DNA of 57,610 nucleotides from a virus (lineage: Duplodnaviria; Caudoviricetes). The translations under genes were made by a program, and so were the position numbers. How positions within the stretch are numbered: position 1 is the first letter of the stretch; every line of letters starts with the position of its first letter. Where the stretch lies: the IMG/VR virus record IMGVR_UViG_3300034103_001617, positions 1 to 57,610 of that record; one strand, given 5' to 3'. Under the pieces are notes generated by a model. The model saw only the letters and a list, made by a program, of their open reading frames with translations, had not been told where the DNA came from and searched no databases. Positions 9,667-19,295 of the stretch are shown here, piece by piece.

Positions 9667-11281
9667 GTTTGATGTTTTTTATTTTACTCAGAAACCAAAT
9701 TTGTTCCCGCACGAACAAAAAGTAGAAAGCATTGAGCAAGCAAAAAAAATTGCCAAGACTCGCTTCTTTTGGATTGTAAATTACTTATCGGACTATGATG
9801 ACTTTGATTTTCTTTGGGAACCAGTGCCATGGGAAAGCAAGTTTAGACATGTATGGCCAAGCCAATGGCAAGAACACGGAGGCACAGAACTCATCCCTAA
9901 AGATTGGGACGGAGTTGATACCAAATACCATACTGAGCCAAAGATATCAAGACAAGGTTCGGTGCCAGCTTACATCATAGACTATGGTAACGGACAAGAA
10001 GTTAGGACACCAAACAACGTGTCTGTGATACGCACAGTAAGGTACGTGAACAGTTACCTAGACACTATTCGACGTATTGTTTTCAGTGCCAAAGAGGAAC
10101 ATATCTGGATTTTGTCTAGTTTGTGTAACTACGACATCTTTACATTTACATGGCATCCAAGCGAATGGCAGCAAGATCTTATTCACGTATTCGCTAGCAA
10201 TGATCAAAAATTTGGAGATACTTTTTATTTGCATGTTCCAACCGCAAGAAAAGTTTTAGACGAAGTAACATTACTTGACTATGCAAATTTAAATTTTGTT
10301 GAAGGTATGCTGGTATTAAGGCACAGAATGCCAACCATAGAACACAATGCAGACACTCATGTACAAGTCTTAAAGTTACTTGATCCTCAACAGCCTTTTA
10401 CACTGTTGCACACAGTTGATGATCCGCGGCAAGATGATTTTGCGGACTTGCCAACCATCAGTGTTTGGGACAAAACAAAAAAAACAGTGATGAGTTTGAA
10501 TCAAGGTTCATCAGCTGTGATAGTTCCAAGAGAGATACAGTCATATGTTAAAAATGAAATCTATGAATATCCATACATTTCAAAAATAAATTTGTATAAA
10601 CAAAAACCATTACCAATAATTTTTCTAAGCAACAATGAACAATGTGCTGATGAAAACTGGCAAGATTTGTGTGATAAGTTCTCAGCACACTACAAGTTGA
10701 TTAGAGTACACGGAATCAAAGGCAGAGTACAAAGCCAACTGGCCGCAGCAAAAGCAGCAGACTCGCCTTGGTACTTTGTAGTACCTGCAAAAATCAAGAT
10801 ACACGATACTTTTAACTTTAAATGGCAACCTGATCGTTTACAGCAACCAAAGCACTATATTTTTGACACCTATAACCCAGTAACTGAACTAAGCTACGGT
10901 CATATGGGCATGGTATGTTACTGTCGAAGTCTTGTTGAGCAAACCAAAGGTGATGGATTGGATTTTACATTGGAAAGTGCTCATGAAGTAACAGGAATAG
11001 AAGCAGGCGTGGCCACACTAGATCATGATAGCACAGTGGCGTGGCGCACTGCGTTTAGAGAAGTTACCAAACTACAGCACTATTATAGTGTTACAAAAGA
11101 CATAGACACAGAGTATCGTCTATCGCAATGGACCACAGTTGGAAATGCCGCAACCTTGTCTGGAGCCAAACATGCTCAAGAATTTTATCATAAAGTCAAC
11201 GGCAATATAAAAGAACTTTTAAAAACCTATGAATGGTCCTGGATTGATGACCAATACTCTGATGTGCTGAGCCAATTATAA
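9665..11281 (+). CDS. Hypothetical protein with internally repeated GT-A-like modules
   Basis: Repeated F-x-W-x-P motifs (FLWEP, FTWHP, FKWQP) and AWRTAFREVTKL. Confidence 0.5.
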   Translation: MFDVFYFTQKPNLFPHEQKVESIEQAKKIAKTRFFWIVNYLSDYDDFDFLWEPVPWESKFRHVWPSQWQEHGGTELIPKDWDGVDTKYHTEPKISRQGSVPAYIIDYGNGQEVRTPNNVSVIRTVRYVNSYLDTIRRIVFSAKEEHIWILSSLCNYDIFTFTWHPSEWQQDLIHVFASNDQKFGDTFYLHVPTARKVLDEVTLLDYANLNFVEGMLVLRHRMPTIEHNADTHVQVLKLLDPQQPFTLLHTVDDPRQDDFADLPTISVWDKTKKTVMSLNQGSSAVIVPREIQSYVKNEIYEYPYISKINLYKQKPLPIIFLSNNEQCADENWQDLCDKFSAHYKLIRVHGIKGRVQSQLAAAKAADSPWYFVVPAKIKIHDTFNFKWQPDRLQQPKHYIFDTYNPVTELSYGHMGMVCYCRSLVEQTKGDGLDFTLESAHEVTGIEAGVATLDHDSTVAWRTAFREVTKLQHYYSVTKDIDTEYRLSQWTTVGNAATLSGAKHAQEFYHKVNGNIKELLKTYEWSWIDDQYSDVLSQL

Positions 11282-12234
11282 TACGATTCAAACCCTTGTG
11301 CTACATCTACTTTAGGATCGTATCCTAGTTTTTTCCTTGCTTTGCTAATATCCAAGGCTCCTCTACTAGGGAAGTCAGCATCTTTGCCTCTTATTTCAAC
11401 ACTGCCTTTGCCAACTAAATCAATTATCATTTCAGCCGCTGTGAGCAAAGTCACTGAATGTGATTTTGTTATGTTGTAAGTATCGTTGGCTGCATGTTCA
11501 ACCAAAGCCGCTGCCAGAATACCATCGGCTGCATCGTCAACATAGGTAAAGTCAAGAGTTTCTTGAGCGCCATTTACTTTGAGAGTTTGCCCACGCATGG
11601 CTGTGAGCATAAACTTGGCAATAACTCTATCTTCTACATCCAATGGTCCATACACAGCAGAGGGACGAATGATTACATACTCCATGCCAGTTTTTCTAGC
11701 ATAGTCTTTTACAAGCCATTCGCCTGCTAATTTCAAGATACCATATTGTCCTTGAGGACAACAAGGCGAGTCCTCTGTAACTTGATCTTTGAAGTCTCCG
11801 TATACCATGCTTGAACTTATGTACACAAACTTATTAACTGCGTGACGTTTAGAACTTTCCAGCAAGTTTAACAGCCCTTCACTCATCACACGACTGCCAG
11901 CAGTTGGATTTATATTAACCACTTTTTGTCGTGGAAAACTGGCAAGATGAATCACAATGTCTGGTTTGTGTACTTGAAAGGTTTGTTCAATTAAAGCAGC
12001 GTTTGAAATATCATAATCGTACAACCAATCTAAACTAGGAATTTTTTTTGTACGCTCGGATATTAGGTAATTTATTTCACTTTGTGGAATGAGACCATAA
12101 GTGGTTCTATTATCAACAATTACAACACTATGTCCTTGTTGTTGAAGTTTGCTTACCACATTGTGACCAATAAGTCCTAGGCCACCAGTCACTAAAATTT
12201 TCATTTGTTTTCGTTGCCCCATTTTAGCTTCCAA
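11227..12234 (-). CDS. NAD-dependent epimerase/dehydratase (extended SDR)
   Basis: ILVTGGLGLIG, SSSMVYG, YGILK, DFTYVDD; likely start at MKILVTGG. Confidence 0.92.
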   Translation of the reverse strand: MEAKMGQRKQMKILVTGGLGLIGHNVVSKLQQQGHSVVIVDNRTTYGLIPQSEINYLISERTKKIPSLDWLYDYDISNAALIEQTFQVHKPDIVIHLASFPRQKVVNINPTAGSRVMSEGLLNLLESSKRHAVNKFVYISSSMVYGDFKDQVTEDSPCCPQGQYGILKLAGEWLVKDYARKTGMEYVIIRPSAVYGPLDVEDRVIAKFMLTAMRGQTLKVNGAQETLDFTYVDDAADGILAAALVEHAANDTYNITKSHSVTLLTAAEMIIDLVGKGSVEIRGKDADFPSRGALDISKARKKLGYDPKVDVAQGFESYYNWLSTSEYWSSIQDHS

Positions 12235-12530
12235 AATATTTCGTTGTGTTCACTTAGTCTGGCCATGATTTTGTATTCGTATGCACTGTAGAGATGATTT
12301 AAACTACTGGTCCAATAAGGTTTTTCCTCTGCGTGTTCCATTATAAACTTGCCAGAGTCTGTTTGTTGCCATTCCCATAATGGAGTAGCAGCATATAAAA
12401 CTGGATCTTCAACATCGCCTATTCTAAAAGTGTGTACGCATACATCGCGAAAACGCACTGGCCGCCCTTCAATTAGTTTGGTTTGATCAGGTTGCCAGAG
12501 TTCGCAAGGAGAATCGTGTGATTTAGCCAT
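12201..12530 (-). CDS. Hypothetical phage protein (F/WxLKW C-terminal family)
   Basis: ORF in operon; ends IFWKLKWGN. Confidence 0.6.
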   Translation of the reverse strand: MAKSHDSPCELWQPDQTKLIEGRPVRFRDVCVHTFRIGDVEDPVLYAATPLWEWQQTDSGKFIMEHAEEKPYWTSSLNHLYSAYEYKIMARLSEHNEIFWKLKWGNENK

Positions 12531-12544
12531 AACACATTATAGCA

Positions 12545-13213
12545 TTATGCTGCTACAATGTCATTGGCCATTGGAAAAATTATAGAGATTACTTCTGCAC
12601 AGGCCCTGGCCACTTCCATGTGTTCTTTTTGCGTTCCGTGGCCCGAGCGCAGTTCAATAAAGTGTATCCAACTACGCAGTGTACCGTTCATGTACATACG
12701 GCTTTCTGTAAGACCTTCTGGAAGCACAGCACGAGCTTGTTCTTTTGCAATACCGTTTTCAATGGCCCAAGTATATGCCTGTTTAGCTGCTTCAATCACA
12801 AAACGCTGCCTTGCCATCCATGTTTCTTGCAAGTCTTGATCATTGGTTTCCACACTGTTTTGTCTGTTTTTGGGATCTTGTAATCTTGCTTCGCGTGTTA
12901 CAAAATTCAAATCTTTTGTAGGGTCAGCATAACGTTGACTAAATTCTTGAAAACTAAAACTGCGATGTCGCAGAATTTGTCTGGCAATATCTCTTGTGGT
13001 AGTTATTTCAAGACACGCGGATACCATTTCCAATGGTGACCAGTGTTTGTGTTGAATAAGATAATTTATTAATTTGGTTGATGTTTCTGTGTTGAATTGA
13101 TTTGATGGATTGGATACTCTTGCACAAAACGCTATTAGGTCTTGTGCATCTCCTATTCCCTGTGACAAAAATTCTTGTGTTGGTTGGGAATAGGAAACAA
13201 GTTTAACATTCAT
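12545..13213 (-). CDS. thyX: FAD-dependent thymidylate synthase
   Basis: RHRSFSFQEFSQRY signature, KEQARAVLP. Confidence 0.96.
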   Translation of the reverse strand: MNVKLVSYSQPTQEFLSQGIGDAQDLIAFCARVSNPSNQFNTETSTKLINYLIQHKHWSPLEMVSACLEITTTRDIARQILRHRSFSFQEFSQRYADPTKDLNFVTREARLQDPKNRQNSVETNDQDLQETWMARQRFVIEAAKQAYTWAIENGIAKEQARAVLPEGLTESRMYMNGTLRSWIHFIELRSGHGTQKEHMEVARACAEVISIIFPMANDIVAA

Positions 13214-13554
13214 AGATTTCCTAAAATTTTGTTGGTTTCGGGTTGAACAGTTTGTGCCACTGCATGAACATCTACAACAAATTCTAAGTCAGTTAGGCTA
13301 TCGCCCAGCTCTTCAAGATGTCGTTGAATCAGAACTTCTATTTCATTAAGTTCTAATCCCTGTTTACGCAGTGTATGAAAGTTAATAGTTTTTCGACGTC
13401 TTCCGTCGTATCGTATTATTATCTTTTCTATGAATTCAAGAGGAACCTCAGTCTTTTCATCTAGGTTTGAAATTATGTGTTCCCATCGTTGGAAAAAATC
13501 ATCACTGAGTTGCATGAGTAGTTGGAGAAGCTTTGCTTGGCCGACCTCGACCAC
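13210..13554 (-). CDS. Hypothetical protein
   Basis: ORF overlapping neighbours in operon; start uncertain. Confidence 0.55.
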   Translation of the reverse strand: MVEVGQAKLLQLLMQLSDDFFQRWEHIISNLDEKTEVPLEFIEKIIIRYDGRRRKTINFHTLRKQGLELNEIEVLIQRHLEELGDSLTDLEFVVDVHAVAQTVQPETNKILGNL

Positions 13555-14212
13555 GTTTAACTGGTTCGGTGCTGGTGGCCAGTGGAGTATGCGTGTTTGC
13601 AGTTACATTAGGATGTAATCGTTCTGCATCTTTTTTCATTCTTGCTGCTTCTGCAACCAGGCCTTGAGCTTCGAGCTCCATGCGTTTTGCTTGTGTAAGC
13701 ATGTTTGCTGCGAGTTGAGCATCGCTAAGAGCGCCATCATTGTTGCCGGCAACAGGAGGAAGGTCACCTAGTTTAAATGCATTTTCAGCTGCACGTTTGG
13801 TTGGTGCATCAACTAACCCGCGATTGGCATCTTCAGCCGCACGTTGTGTTGCCTTGGCTGGGTCTTTCATTTCAGACAGCATTTTGTTTAGCTCATCTAA
13901 ACGCACTTGACTCTGTGGTGTGGGAGTAACTGTGACTGTGTCAGTTCTCACACGTTTGATCATTCTTTCATTGTGCAAGGTTTCTAGAATGTTTCTACCA
14001 TCAGGCAGTAGATTTCTGTGCAGAATGTCCGAAAGTTCGTTACTGGCTTGGCCTTCGGGGCTTTCCAACACACGCATGACAGCATCGTGCCATGCCGCAG
14101 GCAATGTTTCAGGAAAGATCACAAGACACATGTGATCTTCACCTGGAACTGTTCTAAACAAGATCGCAACCTTGCGGTCGCCTTGTTTTCCTATGTGTTT
14201 AAGAAACGGCAT
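13502..14212 (-). CDS. Hypothetical protein with coiled coil and C-terminal AT-hook
   Basis: GGAG RBS before ATG 14212; KRGRGRPSK AT-hook motif. Confidence 0.65.
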   Translation of the reverse strand: MPFLKHIGKQGDRKVAILFRTVPGEDHMCLVIFPETLPAAWHDAVMRVLESPEGQASNELSDILHRNLLPDGRNILETLHNERMIKRVRTDTVTVTPTPQSQVRLDELNKMLSEMKDPAKATQRAAEDANRGLVDAPTKRAAENAFKLGDLPPVAGNNDGALSDAQLAANMLTQAKRMELEAQGLVAEAARMKKDAERLHPNVTANTHTPLATSTEPVKRGRGRPSKASPTTHATQ

Positions 14213-14468
14213 TGTCATCTCCGGTTGGTGGTGCTGGGTGCTGTACTGGCGATATTCCTTGTTCATCTGGCGGGATTACTTTTGGAGCAACCGCAGCTAA
14301 GAAAGCATCCAGTTTTTCGTATATTTCTCCCACAGATTTCATTTCATTGCCACGAAACGCTCCGCGTTGACAAGCAGCATCTAAAATGTTTTTAACACTG
14401 GTTAGATCTACCAGTGTAAGACTTGGGAGTTCTTGCTCAGGTGTTTGGGGTGTAGTAGTATTTTCCAT
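14199..14468 (-). CDS. Hypothetical protein (MENTTTPQ...)
   Basis: ATG 5 nt after TAAATA and downstream of a terminator; RGAFRGNEM motif. Confidence 0.6.
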   Translation of the reverse strand: MENTTTPQTPEQELPSLTLVDLTSVKNILDAACQRGAFRGNEMKSVGEIYEKLDAFLAAVAPKVIPPDEQGISPVQHPAPPTGDDNAVS

Positions 14469-14485
14469 GTAAATATTTAACAAAT

Positions 14486-14519
14486 AAAATACCGCTAAAA
14501 TTCTTTTTAGCGGTATTTT
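14486..14519. terminator. Bidirectional intrinsic terminator
   Basis: AAAATACCGCTAAAA-ttct-TTTTAGCGGTATTTT inverted repeat after vWA gene. Confidence 0.75.
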
Positions 14520-14539
14520 GGTAAAACTGCGGTGTGAAA

Positions 14540-15841
14540 TTAGGAGTGCAACGTGCTTTCTTCGTAGTAAGCGTATTGACCCCAGGGCGGTACAATTGTT
14601 TTTGTACCGTGTAAGATCCAAACTGTGTCTGCGTAATTTTCATCGCCCCACGATCCACATGGATAACCATCTGTGAATACCACCAATCGTTTGGGTTCTA
14701 TGAGTTCTTTTTTAAGATAATCAAAAACACAGTCAAAGTCTGTGCCTCCGCCACCATCTACTTCATAGTCACATATACTATCTAAGTTATCTGAATCATA
14801 TGTAACCGGATGATAAACTTCTGTATCAAACGTAAACACATGAATTTTGTAAGCAGGGAATGATTCCATGATGCCCTGTATTTCACTTAGGAAATCTTTG
14901 AGCATGGTCTCACCAATTGATCCAGATGCGTCAATGGCAACAACGATGTCAATCATTTCGTCATTTTTCATTCCTGGCAAAACAGCATCTACATGCCAGC
15001 CCCTGCGACTACTACGCATCCATGTAAAGTCAGACTTGATAGTTGATTCTAGTTGCATACGCAGCAGCTCGCGCCAGTTCATTTTTGGTTCGGTGAGCTC
15101 TTGTACAATGCGTTTTACGCCGGCTGGCAAGTTTCCTGCGCCGCTGGCTTGAGCTGCACTCAACACCGCTTCTTTGATTTCGTCCCTGAGCTTTTGTCTT
15201 TCTTCTGCTGTCATTGGCTTTGGACGTTTACCTTCACCGGAGCCACCTTCCGCACCGCTGCCGTCACTAGAGTTGCTTTCTGATTCACCATCAATGTGTT
15301 CGTCAATGAGACGATCAATATATTTGTCTAAAGGTATTTTTTCTGCATTTTCATATAAGTCATCGTAGATTTCTTCGGAACTTAGACCGTCATACTTGGA
15401 ATCATATAAACACGGCACAGTGGTTATTTTTTCACCAATGGTGTGTTTTACAAGATCCCCATTCACTGCAAAGTCATTGGCCACATTCCACAACTGCGGA
15501 TCTCTCTCGTTGCGTCTTCCAAAATGATCATAGACCACATGCAACACCTCGTGTCCAAATAAAAATTCTAGTTCTTTTGGACGAAGCATTTTGATAAATC
15601 TACTGTTGTAATAAAAGTTTCTGCCGTCGGTGGCAGCGGTACTGCACCATTCATCTGCGTTAACTAGTTTGAGTCTAGTGGCCAGATTGCCAAAGAAACT
15701 TGCTCTCAACAGCAAACCAATCCTAGCAGTCACCAACAGCTCGCGTACCTCACGATCAAGCTTGGGATCCATTGGGCCAATAAGGTTAGCAAACTTTTTT
15801 GCTAACTCTTTGGTATTTTCAGTTGTGTTTTTCATAATCAC
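14540..15841 (-). CDS. DUF2201-type metallopeptidase + vWA domain protein
   Basis: TAATDG, HEVLH (HExxH), DASGS MIDAS, GGGGTDF, FTDG. Confidence 0.88.
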   Translation of the reverse strand: MIMKNTTENTKELAKKFANLIGPMDPKLDREVRELLVTARIGLLLRASFFGNLATRLKLVNADEWCSTAATDGRNFYYNSRFIKMLRPKELEFLFGHEVLHVVYDHFGRRNERDPQLWNVANDFAVNGDLVKHTIGEKITTVPCLYDSKYDGLSSEEIYDDLYENAEKIPLDKYIDRLIDEHIDGESESNSSDGSGAEGGSGEGKRPKPMTAEERQKLRDEIKEAVLSAAQASGAGNLPAGVKRIVQELTEPKMNWRELLRMQLESTIKSDFTWMRSSRRGWHVDAVLPGMKNDEMIDIVVAIDASGSIGETMLKDFLSEIQGIMESFPAYKIHVFTFDTEVYHPVTYDSDNLDSICDYEVDGGGGTDFDCVFDYLKKELIEPKRLVVFTDGYPCGSWGDENYADTVWILHGTKTIVPPWGQYAYYEESTLHS

Positions 15842-15861
15842 TCCTATCCACTATTTCAACT

Positions 15862-15890
15862 ATTATAGCATGAAGGTCTTTATTGGTCAA
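15862..15890 (-). promoter_or_regulatory. sigma70-type promoter
   Basis: TTGACC-17-TATAAT with extended TG. Confidence 0.7.
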
Positions 15891-16203
15891 ACCCAGGATG
15901 TTGTTTTTTTGTAAACAAATCTGTTTCACAAGGTGTGCATTCATCACGTTTACAAACACTGAAATCATCAAATAATTTAAAGTCTTGGTCAAAAAGATTA
16001 CCCAAGCAATCGTTACGGCATTGCCCACTGTAAACTGTGAAATCATGATCAACAAAGATCATGTCTTTGCCTGCCGAGCATTGCCAATCTTTCCAACGTG
16101 CAAGTCCAAGATCATACAGTCGACTTGCGTTCACAGCCACCTCTTGACCGTCGGCTGTGGTGACCACAGCGTTACAGTTCTGATCTTTGATCAATGCTAT
16201 CAT
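15880..16203 (-). CDS. SPASM/twitch-like Fe-S domain protein (split partner of 16172..16840)
   Basis: WQCSAG...C...LGNL...CKRDECTPC. Confidence 0.7.
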   Translation of the reverse strand: MIALIKDQNCNAVVTTADGQEVAVNASRLYDLGLARWKDWQCSAGKDMIFVDHDFTVYSGQCRNDCLGNLFDQDFKLFDDFSVCKRDECTPCETDLFTKKQHPGFDQ

Positions 16204-16840
16204 AAAATTTTATTTGTTGAGCCTGCCTCACAGGATAAGGATCTTTAGATTCGTTAAATTCTAAAATTGGATGCAGGTAACTGCGTATGCCATGACGATC
16301 CAAAAACTGTCTATATACCTTGTTTCTTTCTTTGTGCCAGGGCTCATCCATGATATTTACTGTTACCGTACAAGTGGTTTGCGCGGTACGATGCGCCTGT
16401 AACACATTTCTAAAAAACTTCCGTTCACTCATGAATTCGCTGTGGGTGCTAAAGGTTAACCAATCACACACAGATACCAAATTTTTGTACACTGATTCGC
16501 TGGCTGTTCCATTGGTGATAACACCTAGTTCAACAATGTGCGATTCAGACTCATATCGCAGCCATCGGCAAAAAGCTACAAAGTCCGGATTCAAAGTAGG
16601 TTCTCCGCCTAACAATGAAACTGAAAATTTCACTGATTCTTTATGCTTGGTGCTAGCAGCAATTTTATTCCATGCCTGTTTTAATTGATCCAGATTATGA
16701 TCTGCGGCATTACGACTGTGATAGATGTCAGGGCAGTAACTACAGTCAAAGTTACATCGCTTGGTCATCAACCAATGAACCACAAAAGAATCTTTGTAAG
16801 GCCTAACTTGAACTATTGGATTTTGATCAGATACTAACAT
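16172..16840 (-). CDS. Radical SAM core domain protein
   Basis: CNFDCSYC, LGGEPT, ITNGT. Confidence 0.88.
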   Translation of the reverse strand: MLVSDQNPIVQVRPYKDSFVVHWLMTKRCNFDCSYCPDIYHSRNAADHNLDQLKQAWNKIAASTKHKESVKFSVSLLGGEPTLNPDFVAFCRWLRYESESHIVELGVITNGTASESVYKNLVSVCDWLTFSTHSEFMSERKFFRNVLQAHRTAQTTCTVTVNIMDEPWHKERNKVYRQFLDRHGIRSYLHPILEFNESKDPYPVRQAQQIKFYDSIDQRSEL

Positions 16841-17088
16841 TATGTGTAAGCGTATTTAAGAGCAAACAATGTAGCATCATGCGGATTTTCAAAATGAAAA
16901 TCTATTGTATACCCATGTTCGATGTAGCTATGATCTGAGCAAGTAAAGAACCATTTGGTTCCTGGATAACCAAACGCCTTGCGTGTTTTGTTTAAAAGGA
17001 TTTGGGTTGCTTGATGCGAGTATTCATCAAACACAACTCTTACTGAGGTTGTACCCTCTGAGGATTTAAGATGGACTCGGCCCAACAT
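16840..17088 (-). CDS. Hypothetical phage protein (FxLKY C-terminal family)
   Basis: AAGGAGG RBS; ends ATLFALKYAYT. Confidence 0.55.
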   Translation of the reverse strand: MLGRVHLKSSEGTTSVRVVFDEYSHQATQILLNKTRKAFGYPGTKWFFTCSDHSYIEHGYTIDFHFENPHDATLFALKYAYT

Positions 17089-17124
17089 AGCCCTATGTCC
17101 TCCTTGCGGAGCCGGGCCGAGTCC
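17073..17124 (-). promoter_or_regulatory. GC-rich three-way RNA structure enclosing RBS and start codon
   Basis: 11-bp stem GGACTCGGCCC/GGGCCGAGTCC enclosing CTCC-GCAA-GGAG and ACATAG/CTATGT hairpins. Confidence 0.55.
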
Positions 17125-17129
17125 TAAAC

Positions 17130-18215
17130 TTAGTTTGTTGCATTAAGAATGTACTTGCCGTACTTCTCATGGAATGAATCAAAGTTTTTAAGCTTGCTAG
17201 GCAGTAATGGCAAGTCATAAGTGGTCAAAGCAATTCGCGCACCCATAACCACAAGCTCGGTTTCAAAGTTCTTCATCATGTAGGCGAAGAAGTGATCTGC
17301 CATGCTGTGGAAAGTGTCGCTATCAACTTTGTTTTCAACCGCTGCTTGAAGCTCGTAGCACATTGATGTCACCAGGCTGTACATAGCACTGACTTCTTTG
17401 ACATTAAGGTCAGTAATCTTGCCGCTAAGAATGTCTTCGGGCTTGGGCATACGAGCACTGATCTTGCGATGCGACGCAAATTTTACTGCAAGGCCTTCAC
17501 CCACAGTGCCAGCAATAAGATTGGTTGCAGTCTCGTCGTCCAGCGTTGGATCGTACAGCAACTCACTAACAAAGGTCCAAGTACGTGGTGTAGCAAAAGC
17601 ACGACTTGAACTTTTAGCATCAAAGTCATACAAGTCTTGTTTTGCAAAACTTAGGTAACCAGTGACGTCTGGATGTATCTTGTTCATAGCAGCCCAATCC
17701 AGCCAGCTCTGAAAGTCAACTTTCATCTCTTGGTGAATAAAGCGATTGCTCAGCGGACTAGGCATACGATATGTTACACCTTTGTCGCTTTCACGATTGC
17801 CTGCTGCTACCATCACAACATTGTCAGGCAAAAAGTATTTGCCAATGCGTCGGTTTAGAATCAGCTGATACGCTGCCGCCTGTACACTGGGCGCAGCTGA
17901 GTTCATCTCGTCCATGAACAAAACCACCAGTGGATACTGTGCAGCAAGTTCTTCGTCTGGCAATTCAACTGGTGGTGCCCAATCCATCTTGCCAATCTCT
18001 TTGTTATAGAATGGAATACCGCGAATGTCTGTGGGTTCCATCTGGCTTAGGCGTAGATCAATCATGTACCCGCCTAGCTCTTGGGTGATACCTTCGACTA
18101 ATTCACTCTTGCCAATGCCTGGAGGCCCCCAAAGAAATAGTGGGCGCTTGGCACGAAAAGCCTGCAAAATACTTTTACGGGCTTGTTTACTAGTAACTGT
18201 ACGAGTTTCTGACAT
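17130..18215 (-). CDS. MoxR-like AAA+ ATPase
   Basis: GPPGIGKS Walker A, LFMDE Walker B, AAGN, NRF, TPRTW. Confidence 0.9.
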   Translation of the reverse strand: MSETRTVTSKQARKSILQAFRAKRPLFLWGPPGIGKSELVEGITQELGGYMIDLRLSQMEPTDIRGIPFYNKEIGKMDWAPPVELPDEELAAQYPLVVLFMDEMNSAAPSVQAAAYQLILNRRIGKYFLPDNVVMVAAGNRESDKGVTYRMPSPLSNRFIHQEMKVDFQSWLDWAAMNKIHPDVTGYLSFAKQDLYDFDAKSSSRAFATPRTWTFVSELLYDPTLDDETATNLIAGTVGEGLAVKFASHRKISARMPKPEDILSGKITDLNVKEVSAMYSLVTSMCYELQAAVENKVDSDTFHSMADHFFAYMMKNFETELVVMGARIALTTYDLPLLPSKLKNFDSFHEKYGKYILNATN

Positions 18216-18257
18216 AGGGCTCTCCTTTGTTATTAAGCATGTAGTATATAATAATGA

Positions 18258-18965
18258 CTATTTGTGGTCAATGATCTTGGCCCTGTTTAACTGTGTGGCA
18301 TCCGGTCTAAATGCTTTGATCGTACCTTTGACATTGATTCGGTCTCCCATTTTGGCCGGAATCCTAAAACTAAAAAACACTCGTTGACCTAGATCTGTGA
18401 TACCTGTGATAAAGTTTACGCCATATTTGATACTGAATATGTTTTTTATAACTTCAATTTCTACTTCAACCTTGTCGCCTATGGCACCAAGATCTGGCGC
18501 GGCACTGTTATACTTTTGATTAACCTCATCTTCGTGTAGGTATCTAAAATAACTTGCTATTGAACTAATCACAACAGCATATTCAAGTTTATTCTTGTGA
18601 GTAAACTTTTCCATGTTGCAGGCATTGTAAACTGTTCGCTCAAAGTCATTGAGTTTACCGCTAAGTGCCGCGAAGCAAAATTTTGCGTTCAAGTAAGTTT
18701 TGGCTTTTTGCCCTTGATCATAATCATCTTGGGTGAGACTTGCTAAGTTTGCAAGTACGTTGTCACTGATTGTTCGGTTTGGTTCTTTGATTTTCACTGA
18801 AACATCGTTGATGTTTTCGTACACTGCCTGCTTGTAATAGCCTTGGTTGATATTGTAGGCATGCACCGCCGCTGCCCATATATCTCGTTGATCAAATTCA
18901 AATTCAACTTTGTTTGCTTGATTTGATTGTGTGGGCATAGGACGATTTCTATAGTAAGTGTACAT
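18258..18965 (-). CDS. Hypothetical protein with probable C-terminal OB fold
   Basis: GAIGDKVEVEIEV...KGTIKA...TQLNRAK pattern; own upstream promoter. Confidence 0.55.
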   Translation of the reverse strand: MYTYYRNRPMPTQSNQANKVEFEFDQRDIWAAAVHAYNINQGYYKQAVYENINDVSVKIKEPNRTISDNVLANLASLTQDDYDQGQKAKTYLNAKFCFAALSGKLNDFERTVYNACNMEKFTHKNKLEYAVVISSIASYFRYLHEDEVNQKYNSAAPDLGAIGDKVEVEIEVIKNIFSIKYGVNFITGITDLGQRVFFSFRIPAKMGDRINVKGTIKAFRPDATQLNRAKIIDHK

Positions 18966-19019
18966 AGCCTGCTTCCTGATTTTTCAATACTATAGCAAAC
19001 TATGAAAAAATGGTCAAAC

Positions 19020-19043
19020 AAAACCCTGCGCTAGGCAGGGCTT
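19020..19043 (-). terminator. Intrinsic terminator
   Basis: GCCCTGC-ctagc-GCAGGGTTTTT on minus strand. Confidence 0.65.
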
Positions 19044-19064
19044 GATGTTGCTAAATCAACAATA

Positions 19065-19295
19065 TTACTTTTTATACAAGTCTCGCATGAATTCTTGTGC
19101 AACATAGTAATCTACTAGTTTTCTTTGAATCATTGTAATGACATCACCAGCATCGTCATCTACAATGAATCTAACAGGACATCGACCCCAGGTGTGATGT
19201 TTTACAAATTCAGAATAGTATCGCCTATGATTCTTGTTTGTAGGATCAAACACTACCCAGGGTCTAGCAGAAAGTTGAAGTTTACTCAAAGTCAA
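19065..19295 (-). CDS. Hypothetical phage protein
   Basis: ORF coupled to ahcY stop; FDPTNKNHR...TWGRCPVRF. Confidence 0.6.
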   Translation of the reverse strand: MTLSKLQLSARPWVVFDPTNKNHRRYYSEFVKHHTWGRCPVRFIVDDDAGDVITMIQRKLVDYYVAQEFMRDLYKK

